A DNA stretch of 60,201 nt from an uncultured bacterium (GTDB lineage: Bacteria; JAAXHH01). Below, in pieces: positions 9,720 through 17,897 of the stretch. Position numbers and translations under genes: made by a program. Every line of letters begins with the position of its first letter. The stretch's first letter is position 1. The stretch is from contig CAJXCW010000003.1 in assembly GCA_913051705.1 (NCBI GenBank), forward strand, positions 1-60,201, written 5' to 3'. Under the pieces are notes generated by a model. It was not told the origin of the DNA, made no database searches, and was given only the letters and a program-made list of their open reading frames with translations.

Positions 9720-9776
9720 AGGGCGCACGGTGCGCCCGCCGTAAGCGTACGAGTGCGATTAAAAAAGGAACACGAT

Positions 9777-10718
9777 ATGCCGAATCATATTCTTGTGGAT
9801 GGCCCGTTGCCGGAATCTATCCTTGGGTTGTTTGATGAGGGTGATATTCTGTATCAGATAACAGATCTTCAGGATGAGGATGAGCGGTGGGGGGTAATAG
9901 AGGGATATTTTACGTATGGCCATCCTGCGACAGATGGGAATCTGATGGATCGTATGCCTTGTTTGAGGGTGATCAGTAATTTCGGTGTTGGTGTGGACCA
10001 TATTGATACCGAGGCTGCGAAAAAGCGGGGAATTCCCGTGGGGAACACGCCACATCTTCTGGACGGCGCGACGGCCGATATGACGTTTGCCCTGTTAATG
10101 GCGGCTGCCAGGAACCTTGTCGTGGGGGATAAATTTGCGCGGAGTCCGGAATTTATCCACTATGATCCCAGTCTCTGGTTGGGCGCAGAAATACATGGGA
10201 GCACCATCGGGATTATAGGGATGGGGAGCATAGGCAAACAGGTGGCACGCAGAGCCCTGGGCTTTGATATGTCTATTTTGTATCACAATCGAAAGCCTGA
10301 TTCGGAGGATGCGGATTTCCAGGCCGAATATGTCTCATTCCACGCCTTGCTGGAGCAATCCGATTTTGTGACGCTCAACTGCCCGCTTACCAACGAAACG
10401 CGGGGCATGATCAATGAAGATGCCCTCCGGCGTATGAAGTCCACAGCCATCCTTATCAACCTGGCGCGTGGAGGCGTTGTAGACCATGATGCGTTGGTGA
10501 CTGCCCTGGATAAGGGATGGATCGCCGGTGCTGCCCTGGATGTGACCGAACCGGAACCCTTACCACGAGACCATCCGTTGTTGACCAGAGATAACGTAAT
10601 CATCGTCCCTCATTTAGGGAGTGCGACGACAAGAACCAGACATGCCATGGCGATTAGGACCGTTGAGAACCTGAAAGCCGGACTGGCCGGAAAAAATCTC
10701 ATTACCAGCGTAGTCTGA
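9777..10718 (+). CDS. D-isomer-specific 2-hydroxyacid dehydrogenase (glyoxylate/hydroxypyruvate reductase-like)
   Basis: NAD-binding GIIGMGSIGKQVARRA, a catalytic R/E/H context, and ~313 aa. I place the ATG at 9777 (AAGGA SD) rather than the GTG at 9753. Confidence 0.85.
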   Translation: MPNHILVDGPLPESILGLFDEGDILYQITDLQDEDERWGVIEGYFTYGHPATDGNLMDRMPCLRVISNFGVGVDHIDTEAAKKRGIPVGNTPHLLDGATADMTFALLMAAARNLVVGDKFARSPEFIHYDPSLWLGAEIHGSTIGIIGMGSIGKQVARRALGFDMSILYHNRKPDSEDADFQAEYVSFHALLEQSDFVTLNCPLTNETRGMINEDALRRMKSTAILINLARGGVVDHDALVTALDKGWIAGAALDVTEPEPLPRDHPLLTRDNVIIVPHLGSATTRTRHAMAIRTVENLKAGLAGKNLITSVV

Positions 10719-10725
10719 GGCGACC

Positions 10726-12264
10726 ATGTATTCATTCGTACCACTCGACCAACGAATCGCGATTATTGATCTCGGGTCCAACACCGCCCGGTTGATGGTT
10801 GCTCAATACACGACAGGCCAGGTATTTAAAGTTACGGACGAAATCAGTCGACGTGTGCGGTTAAGTGAAGGCATGACGGAGGACAACAGGCTGCATTCAT
10901 CCGCTATTGTCCGGGCGTTTGATACCCTGCAGATGTTCAAAGCCTTTTGTGAAACACAAGGGATCAACCATATTTTGCCGGTGGCTACCGCTGCGGTTCG
11001 AGATGCTGAAAATGGACAGGATTTTTTGAAGGAAGTCCATCAATCAACCGGTCTTGACTTCCGGATTTTGAGCGGGGAAGAAGAAGCCTATTACGGCGCC
11101 GTGGGGGTGATCAACGGCCTGAATGTTCGAGACGGGCTCGTTCTGGATATCGGCGGTGGGAGCGCAGAGATATCTCTGGTACGCGGAGGCAAGTTTATCA
11201 AGGGCATTACAAAGCCATATGGCGCTATTCGGGTCACTGAAGCTTATTTCCCCAACAAAAAAGTTACCGCCGATCAGATCACCCGTTTTAATCAAGAGTT
11301 GGATATCGCATTTCAGGCCATGGATTGGGTGCACGTGACCAGATCCATGTCGATGACCGGTATAGGCGGCACGATACGGGCGCTGGCCAGAATAGATCGG
11401 ACCATGCGACGGTATCCGATCGCGCTCGTACATGGTTATGAACTGAAATTACGTCGTATCGAAAAGATGATCAATATCCTTGCTTCCACCTCTGTGTCGG
11501 AACGCATCAAATACCTGCCCGGCCTGCAAACCGATCGAGAGGATATTATTCTGGCCGGCGCGCTGGTCGTAGCCGGGGTGATGAGAAAAGCCGGGGCCAG
11601 GAAGATTCTGGTATGCGGTCAGGGTCTTCGGGAAGGATTATTTTATGAGAGCTTTGTTGAGGGTAAGGAGAATTATCGGATTGAGGCTTTACGGCGGTTC
11701 AGTATTTTAAACCTCACGCGCCTGTACGGATATGAAAACGCGCATACCGCTCACGTCGCTCATCTATCCCTATCTCTTTTCGATCAATTAAAATCCATTC
11801 ATGGCTATGATCAGATTGAGAGAGAGTATCTGTGGGCGGCCTCCATGCTGCACGACGTCGGTACGGTGATTGATTATTATGATCATCATAAACACACGGC
11901 TTATATTATTCTGAATGCCGGACTACCAGGATTTACACATCGTGAAGTTATCATTATCGCTTACCTCTGCCTGAACCACCGAAGCGGCAAACCGGATTTT
12001 TCAACCTATCAAGCCGTGTTGAGGAAGCGGGATTTTGAGATGGTCTATCGCCTGTCGGCCCTTCTGCGCCTTGCTGAATATCTGGATCGGAGCCGGACGC
12101 AAAACGTGTCGGATGTAGAAATCGCCACAAAAGGAAAGCGCGTCGTTCTGACTGTTGTACCGCGGTCACCACAGGAGGCGGCGGTAGAATTGTGGGAAGC
12201 TCAGCAAAACGCCAAATTGTTTAAACAATCATTCGGCGTGAGATTGAATATTAGAGAGAAATAG
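10726..12264 (+). CDS. Ppx/GppA-family exopolyphosphatase / guanosine pentaphosphate phosphohydrolase with C-terminal HD domain
   Basis: IAIIDLGSNTARLMV (ASKHA fold Ppx/GppA N-terminus) and a C-terminal HD-like segment (MLHDVG...). Confidence 0.8.
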   Translation: MYSFVPLDQRIAIIDLGSNTARLMVAQYTTGQVFKVTDEISRRVRLSEGMTEDNRLHSSAIVRAFDTLQMFKAFCETQGINHILPVATAAVRDAENGQDFLKEVHQSTGLDFRILSGEEEAYYGAVGVINGLNVRDGLVLDIGGGSAEISLVRGGKFIKGITKPYGAIRVTEAYFPNKKVTADQITRFNQELDIAFQAMDWVHVTRSMSMTGIGGTIRALARIDRTMRRYPIALVHGYELKLRRIEKMINILASTSVSERIKYLPGLQTDREDIILAGALVVAGVMRKAGARKILVCGQGLREGLFYESFVEGKENYRIEALRRFSILNLTRLYGYENAHTAHVAHLSLSLFDQLKSIHGYDQIEREYLWAASMLHDVGTVIDYYDHHKHTAYIILNAGLPGFTHREVIIIAYLCLNHRSGKPDFSTYQAVLRKRDFEMVYRLSALLRLAEYLDRSRTQNVSDVEIATKGKRVVLTVVPRSPQEAAVELWEAQQNAKLFKQSFGVRLNIREK

Positions 12265-12328
12265 GCAGGCGCACGGCACGCCGTGCGCCTACGGACAGAC
12301 ATTTCGTATCCGTAATGAAAGGGCTCTC

Positions 12329-13342
12329 ATGGATAAGATCGGTGTCGGATTGGTTGGGTGCGGGGTGATGGGTACGGCCCTTGCTGCTTCATGCAACAAA
12401 CTTGAGCGCGCACATATCCTGGCCGTCAGTGATGTGCGACAGGACATAGCAGATAAGGCGGCAGCAGAACTGAATGCAAGGGCATTTGCAGACTATCATG
12501 ATATGTTGGCCTTAAGCGACATTGATGCCGTTCTTGTTGCCGTGCCGGGTTTTTTGCACCGGGCGCCTGCCGTTTCGGCAGCGCAAGCAGGAAAGCATGT
12601 GTTTTGTGAAAAGCCGATGGCGGTGTCTCTCGAAGATTGTGATGCGATTATGGTGGCGTGTGATGAAGCCGACCGGAAGCTGATGATCGGACAGGTATGC
12701 CGGTTTCATGGGGTGCATGGCCGTGTGAAACAACTGGTCCTGGACGGGCATATCGGGCAGCCCACCTGCATGGTTGTCCGGCGACTGGGCGGTGGATGGA
12801 GCGGGGAATGGGTCCAGCATTGGCGAATGGAACGCGCTAAATCGGGCGGAACCCTCATGGAGGTCAATGCCCATGAAATTGATTTTATGCGATGGGTTTG
12901 CGGCGACGTGAAAAGCGTATCTGCCAGGGGCGCTCAATATATTGATAGCCAGACAGATTTTGAGGATATCATGTTGCTGAATCTTGAGTTTGTAAATGGC
13001 GCCATCGGTCATCATCAATCGTCCAATGCCTCAGCCATCGGTGAATATGGCGGGCGGTTGGACGGTACGGAAGGGTCCATTCACTTTCCGGCCATCTGGG
13101 GCGAGCGGGCCGGTATTCATTACGGCCGGTTTGGAGAGAAACCTCAATTTATCCCTGCGGCCGACATTGTAGTGGAAGAACCGGTCATAGCAGAACTCCG
13201 AGCGTTCGTAGATGCGATCATACATAACACTACGCCACCGGTTACCGGACACGATGGCCGGGCAGTGGTGGAAATTGCTCTGGCGGCTTATCGATCGGCG
13301 CAAACAGGGGAGAGTGTGGCGTTGCCGATGGGGAAGGTATAG
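12329..13342 (+). CDS. Gfo/Idh/MocA-family NAD(P)-dependent oxidoreductase
   Basis: IGVGLVGCGVMG Rossmann start, the EKP motif (FCEKPMA), and ~337 aa. Confidence 0.8.
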   Translation: MDKIGVGLVGCGVMGTALAASCNKLERAHILAVSDVRQDIADKAAAELNARAFADYHDMLALSDIDAVLVAVPGFLHRAPAVSAAQAGKHVFCEKPMAVSLEDCDAIMVACDEADRKLMIGQVCRFHGVHGRVKQLVLDGHIGQPTCMVVRRLGGGWSGEWVQHWRMERAKSGGTLMEVNAHEIDFMRWVCGDVKSVSARGAQYIDSQTDFEDIMLLNLEFVNGAIGHHQSSNASAIGEYGGRLDGTEGSIHFPAIWGERAGIHYGRFGEKPQFIPAADIVVEEPVIAELRAFVDAIIHNTTPPVTGHDGRAVVEIALAAYRSAQTGESVALPMGKV

Positions 13343-13430
13343 ATGGGCAGGTGGGCAGAAAGAAATGGGTGATTTAGTGATTTGGTGATTGAAATTGGGC
13401 AGAATGGATTAATAACTGGAGCGGGATGAT

Positions 13431-14162
13431 ATGACGGTTTCTTCTCAACAGAAGCGGTTCTTCGATGATTTCGGGTATATCTTTCTGCCGGGATTAATGA
13501 AAGAAGAAGTGGGATGGATTACAGAAGAATATGAGCGGTTATTTTCCGAGTCAGGTATCGTTCATGATGGGACTAAGCGTTCGAGCCTCGGGCATATCGT
13601 TGAAAAAAGCGAATTGTTGTGCACGTTGCTTGACCATCCGAAGGTGGATGGTTTATTGGCAGGGCTGATGGGAGATGATTATAACTATCTGGGAAGCGGT
13701 GCGGATCTGTATGTGGAAGATGGCCTGTGGCATCCTGATTGCCATGATGCGCCGGTATTGCAGGTCAAATGGGCGATGTATCTGGATCATCTTACCATAG
13801 ATGCGGGTGCTTTACGCGTCGTACCCGGTTCCCATAAACAGGGTTGGGTCGGCAATCTGGATACCGAGTCTCTGTGGGGGTTCGGTATGGAAGAGGTGCC
13901 CTGCGTGGCACCCGATAATGAACCGGGTGATGTCCTGGTCTTCAACCTGCAGACCTTACATAACTCGCTCGGGGGCGGCAAACGGCGCAGGATGTTAAAT
14001 ATGGTAGCCTGTGCCGCCTGCAGAACAGAAGAAGAAATCACCTTCTTAAAAAAGCGGATTCCCAAGACAAGAACGGAACTTCAATGGGAGATCATGCGTA
14101 ACACAGCGCCGCCGCAACGATTGAGGCGTTTGAACCAACTCTGGAAGGTGCTGGGAAGTTAG
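13431..14162 (+). CDS. Phytanoyl-CoA dioxygenase (PhyH)-like Fe(II)/2-oxoglutarate oxygenase
   Basis: PhyH-like N-terminus (FFDDFGYIFLPGL) and an HxD facial-triad candidate (WHPDCHD) with a distal His (LRVVPGSH). Confidence 0.6.
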   Translation: MTVSSQQKRFFDDFGYIFLPGLMKEEVGWITEEYERLFSESGIVHDGTKRSSLGHIVEKSELLCTLLDHPKVDGLLAGLMGDDYNYLGSGADLYVEDGLWHPDCHDAPVLQVKWAMYLDHLTIDAGALRVVPGSHKQGWVGNLDTESLWGFGMEEVPCVAPDNEPGDVLVFNLQTLHNSLGGGKRRRMLNMVACAACRTEEEITFLKKRIPKTRTELQWEIMRNTAPPQRLRRLNQLWKVLGS

Positions 14163-14191
14163 AATCTGATGTCATCCTGCATCCTGTATCC

Positions 14192-14449
14192 TCACCGACC
14201 CAGCAAACTCCGTCCCCACTGCACCGCATAATAGATACCCACGATAATCGCTGCGACGATCAGAATTTTGACGGTCAGGATGGCGACATTCGTCAACAGG
14301 ATGGCGACATACGTCAAAATGATAGAAACCAGAATAGCGCCTGAAACAGCCAGAATCAAAGGGGTGCCGGCCAAATGGTTCTTGATTCCTGCGATCAGTC
14401 CGGTTACGCCACCGACCAGGCAGGAAATGATAACAAGTGATGTGGTCAT
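14192..14449 (-). CDS. Small membrane protein (85 aa, 2-3 TM) with internal 7-aa tandem repeat
   Basis: Strong GAGGAGG SD 9 nt upstream of the ATG. Hydrophobic. A 21-nt tandem duplication encodes LT(Y/N)VAIL twice. It is the last gene of the AOR cluster. Confidence 0.45.
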   Translation of the reverse strand: MTTSLVIISCLVGGVTGLIAGIKNHLAGTPLILAVSGAILVSIILTYVAILLTNVAILTVKILIVAAIIVGIYYAVQWGRSLLGR

Positions 14450-14453
14450 AATA

Positions 14454-14496
14454 AAATTCCTCCTCTGTAGTGATAGGACAAACAGAGGAGGAATTT
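14454..14496 (-). terminator. Perfect 14-bp hairpin, an intrinsic-terminator/attenuator candidate, whose 3' arm contains the SD of the downstream small gene
   Basis: AAATTCCTCCTCTG-15 nt-CAGAGGAGGAATTT. On the minus strand the hairpin is followed by TTTTATT and then the ATG. Confidence 0.5.
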
Positions 14497-14537
14497 TGTT
14501 TCAAATAAATAAAAAATTTGCGTCATTAACCGGTCAT

Positions 14538-15911
14538 CTAAGCGCTTTTATTACTGACAAGCACCGCGTGGGCCGAACGATCTTTACCACCATCCTGGGT
14601 ATGTTGATAGGCACGGTGTGCGGCCGGTGAACCGAGGGTGGTGATCGCCAGCATTTTTTCCGCCGTTTTCGTGGCGACATACGGGCGCCGGATATCGGTC
14701 GGGTTGGTCTGTATATGACCCTTCCAGGCGCCCAGCGAGGTTTGCGCCTGAATCAGGCCCTTGATCATGCCCATATCATTCAGCATAGCCACATCATCTG
14801 CAGGACCGAGAATAATCGCGCCGGAAAGCTGGTCCCCATCCCACAAAAGCTTGCGGTAGAGAGGCCGGCTCGCATTAATAGTTTCGGTCTTCTCCCCCCC
14901 ACTGCTCCAACTGCCGAAGCTGGCGCACTGTAAGCCGCACACATCCAGAATATTCATCAGCAGACTACCGGGATATTCGACATCCTGTCCGGCCATATTG
15001 GCGCCGGCAATCCGTCCGTGATCTACAGCGGTGGTCTGGATGGCATGGATGGCCTGCTGCCCTGTGGACAAATCCGATCCTTCCGCCACATCGCCTGCTG
15101 CATAAATATTGGAAATATTGGTCTGACAACGACTGTTAATGAGGATACCCTCATTGGTGTTGACACCAGAACCATTCAGGAAATCGATATTGGTACGGAT
15201 ACCGGTTGCGACAATGACCAGATCAGCCTGCGTTGAGGAGCCATCGGAGAGTTTTAGTGTTTTCTTGCCGTCGCTGCCATGTTCAATCGCCTGTACACTG
15301 ACGCCGGTATGCGTCCTGACCCCGTGTTCATTAAGCCAGGTGTTGACTAGTGAAGCGCCCTGGGCGTCCAGCATACGCGGCAGCACCTGATTTTCCAATT
15401 CTATCACCGTGAGTCTGGCGCCTATCTTATACATGGCATTCAGGATGATAAAACCGATAAAACCAGCGCCGATGAAAGCCACTTCCGCATCGCCGTCCAT
15501 GGCGGCTACCACGTTTTTCGCGTCGTCCATCGTCCACAGATTGTGGACACCCTCCCCATCGGCGCCCGGTATGGGAAGTGGCTGAGGCGACGAACCGGTA
15601 GCGATTAGCAGATTATCATATTCTACTGTAGAGCCGTTATCGAGTGTCACGGTATTTTCTGAGGCATTAACAGAAGTTACCCGTAAACCAAATTGGGTGG
15701 TCACCCCCAGATTGCTGAAATACCCGTCATCTCCGGTCAGGACCTGATCCACGGGAATGCTCTTTGAGATGTAGTACGGCAAGGCCATACGGGCATAGGC
15801 CGGCTCATCCGAGATCAGGGTTATCGAAGCATCGGCATCATAGCCTCGAATTGTTTCTATGGCGTTTATCCCGCCCGGTCCGCCACCGATAATCACGTGT
15901 CGTGCTGCCAT
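14538..15911 (-). CDS. FAD-dependent pyridine nucleotide-disulfide oxidoreductase (class II, NAD(P)H-linked), candidate AorC-like electron-transfer subunit
   Basis: VIIGGGPGG (FAD) and a second Rossmann segment, EVAFIGAGFIGFI (NAD(P)). I place the start at MAARH with a GGAGG SD 6 nt upstream, rather than at 15944. Confidence 0.8.
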   Translation of the reverse strand: MAARHVIIGGGPGGINAIETIRGYDADASITLISDEPAYARMALPYYISKSIPVDQVLTGDDGYFSNLGVTTQFGLRVTSVNASENTVTLDNGSTVEYDNLLIATGSSPQPLPIPGADGEGVHNLWTMDDAKNVVAAMDGDAEVAFIGAGFIGFIILNAMYKIGARLTVIELENQVLPRMLDAQGASLVNTWLNEHGVRTHTGVSVQAIEHGSDGKKTLKLSDGSSTQADLVIVATGIRTNIDFLNGSGVNTNEGILINSRCQTNISNIYAAGDVAEGSDLSTGQQAIHAIQTTAVDHGRIAGANMAGQDVEYPGSLLMNILDVCGLQCASFGSWSSGGEKTETINASRPLYRKLLWDGDQLSGAIILGPADDVAMLNDMGMIKGLIQAQTSLGAWKGHIQTNPTDIRRPYVATKTAEKMLAITTLGSPAAHRAYQHTQDGGKDRSAHAVLVSNKSA

Positions 15912-15940
15912 ATGCATCCTCCAGGTACAAGTAACAAGCG

Positions 15941-15995
15941 GCAAGTGGCAAGTGGCAAGTTAATGCTTTCACTCTTCACTCTTCACTCTTCACTG
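15941..15995. repeat. Intercistronic heptamer tandem repeats (GCAAGTG)x3 and (TCACTCT)x4
   Basis: Seen directly between the AOR and FAD-oxidoreductase genes. Confidence 0.8.
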
Positions 15996-15998
15996 ATT

Positions 15999-17828
15999 TT
16001 AACCAAGGCCCAATTCCATCAATTTTTCCTGAGTCGGTTTTCCATCCGGAGTCCATCCGCGTGCGGCATAATATTCGGGCAGCATGACATCAAGATTTAC
16101 AGTGACGCCGGCGGAGGGACCTTTCTTGTGTGCTTCTTTCAACAATCGTTCCGGTAAAGAGTCATCTGCCGCCGTGAGGCCGGCTTTCAGATTCCACAGA
16201 CGTTCAATATTCCAGATCCGTTCGCCGATCTTGACAAAATCATCCATGTCATAATCCACGTCCGTTGCGGCCGACAACACGGGAAGAAGATCATCGAGCG
16301 GCGCGCCTGCCGTGGTAAACATACATATGCCGGTTGCATCGTGGGCCGTGGTTCGATTCTGTTCTTCGGCCACCCACTTTGATTTTCCATCGGTGGTATG
16401 CGGATCGTATTCTCCGGATGTTTCAATACCGGGTGTCCAGGCTCTCAAATGACAGGCGCCACGATTGCAGGTAGCAAAGGCGATGCCCATGCCCTGGAAC
16501 CCACGGGGATCATACGCCGGAAATTCCTGCCCCTTGACGCCCATGAAGTATTCAGGATGCTCGAATTTTTCGGTCATGCGTTTGGAGCCTTCGGCCAATT
16601 CGTCGCCGAACCCTTCCCGGAAGCCGGTGGCCTCGGTCATGGCTATGAGCGCTTTCCCGTCACCAAATTTGAGAGGCATGCCGATCTGATCTTCCGAAAG
16701 CAGACCACGTTCGTACATTTCCATGGCCGCGGCCAGGGTCGCCCCCATGGAGATCGGGTCCATACCGAGGTCGTTACACAGATAGTTGGCCATGACAATG
16801 GCGTCCATATCGTCTATCCCGCAGTCGGCACCAAGGGACCACAGATTTTCATACTCCGGTCCTTCGCCGGCGATCTTCCAGTTCCGTGGGTGCATGTTGA
16901 CCATGTATTTGTCGGCATTCGGCGTGACTTGCGTCACCCGACCGCAGGCGATGTTGCAGGCGAAACAGGCCTTGTTGGCAACCAACCATGTATCTTTGAT
17001 CGCATCCCCGTTAATTTTTTCCGTCCCTTCAAACTGTCCCTCCGTAAAGTTACGGGTCGGCAGGCCACCGAAGGCATTAATCAGATCAATCGTAGGTGCG
17101 GTCCCCAGTTCCGTCAAACCCTGACGACCCGGGCTTTCTGCGAGGTGCCCGTGATAGGAGCGGATAGAAGACATATAGTCTTTGGGGCGAGCGATCTGTA
17201 CCCCTTTCGTGCCTCGTACGGCGATGGCCTTCAGGTTCTTGGAGCCCATGACTGCGCCCACGCCGGAACGACCCGCAGCGCGATGCTTGTCGTTTATTAT
17301 TCCAGCAAATCGGACCAGTTTCTCGCCTGCTGGACCGATGCAGGCGACGCGTAATTTCGGCATCCCGGTTTCATCACGGATCGCATCTTCCGTTTCTGAA
17401 ACCACCTTGCCCCACACATTCCCGGCATCCCGTATCTGCACATCGTCATCATTGATCAGCAGATAACAGGGCTTCTCGGCTTTTCCTTCCACAATGACCA
17501 TGTCGTATCCGGCGAATTTCAACTCCGGTCCCCAATGACCACCTGAATTGGACGTCGTAATCGCCCCGGTGAGCGGCCCTTTGGTGACCACCATATAACG
17601 GGCGCCGCAGGACGCATTCGTACCCGTCAACGGACCGGTCGCCATAATCAGCTTGTTCTCCGGACTGAGGGCATCCACACCGGGGTCCATCTCCTCATAG
17701 AGATATTTCGCCCCCAGCCCACGCCCGCCGATATATTCCCGCGCCCATGTTTCATTCAGCGGTTCTCTGGTGATGCGTCCTTCCGTCAGATCCACACGCA
17801 GGATATATCCTGCCCAACCATAAGACAT
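15999..17828 (-). CDS. Tungsten-containing aldehyde:ferredoxin oxidoreductase (AOR family), paralog 1
   Basis: Full-length AOR architecture: N-terminal MSYGWAGYILRVDLTEG, the AOR_N domain, Cys ligands for the [4Fe-4S] cluster, and pterin-binding regions. GGAG SD. Start chosen by analogy to paralog 2. Confidence 0.9.
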   Translation of the reverse strand: MSYGWAGYILRVDLTEGRITREPLNETWAREYIGGRGLGAKYLYEEMDPGVDALSPENKLIMATGPLTGTNASCGARYMVVTKGPLTGAITTSNSGGHWGPELKFAGYDMVIVEGKAEKPCYLLINDDDVQIRDAGNVWGKVVSETEDAIRDETGMPKLRVACIGPAGEKLVRFAGIINDKHRAAGRSGVGAVMGSKNLKAIAVRGTKGVQIARPKDYMSSIRSYHGHLAESPGRQGLTELGTAPTIDLINAFGGLPTRNFTEGQFEGTEKINGDAIKDTWLVANKACFACNIACGRVTQVTPNADKYMVNMHPRNWKIAGEGPEYENLWSLGADCGIDDMDAIVMANYLCNDLGMDPISMGATLAAAMEMYERGLLSEDQIGMPLKFGDGKALIAMTEATGFREGFGDELAEGSKRMTEKFEHPEYFMGVKGQEFPAYDPRGFQGMGIAFATCNRGACHLRAWTPGIETSGEYDPHTTDGKSKWVAEEQNRTTAHDATGICMFTTAGAPLDDLLPVLSAATDVDYDMDDFVKIGERIWNIERLWNLKAGLTAADDSLPERLLKEAHKKGPSAGVTVNLDVMLPEYYAARGWTPDGKPTQEKLMELGLG

Positions 17829-17897
17829 AGCATACTCCATTGAGTGATTGGTGATTTTTTTCATTCACCATTCGCCAATCGCAATCCACCAATTTTA

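Noticed and set aside
15941-15995. Short tandem repeats considered as a possible CRISPR array
   Set aside because: The units are 7 nt with no unique spacers. CRISPR repeats are 24-48 nt with 26-72-nt spacers. No cas genes are present in the window.
16398-17354. 318-aa ORF on the plus strand (and similar ORFs at 18354-18887, 18954-19370, 16786-17124)
   Set aside because: It is entirely antisense to the AOR genes, whose protein-level family match is unambiguous. It is a GC-rich shadow ORF without an SD or recognisable family features.
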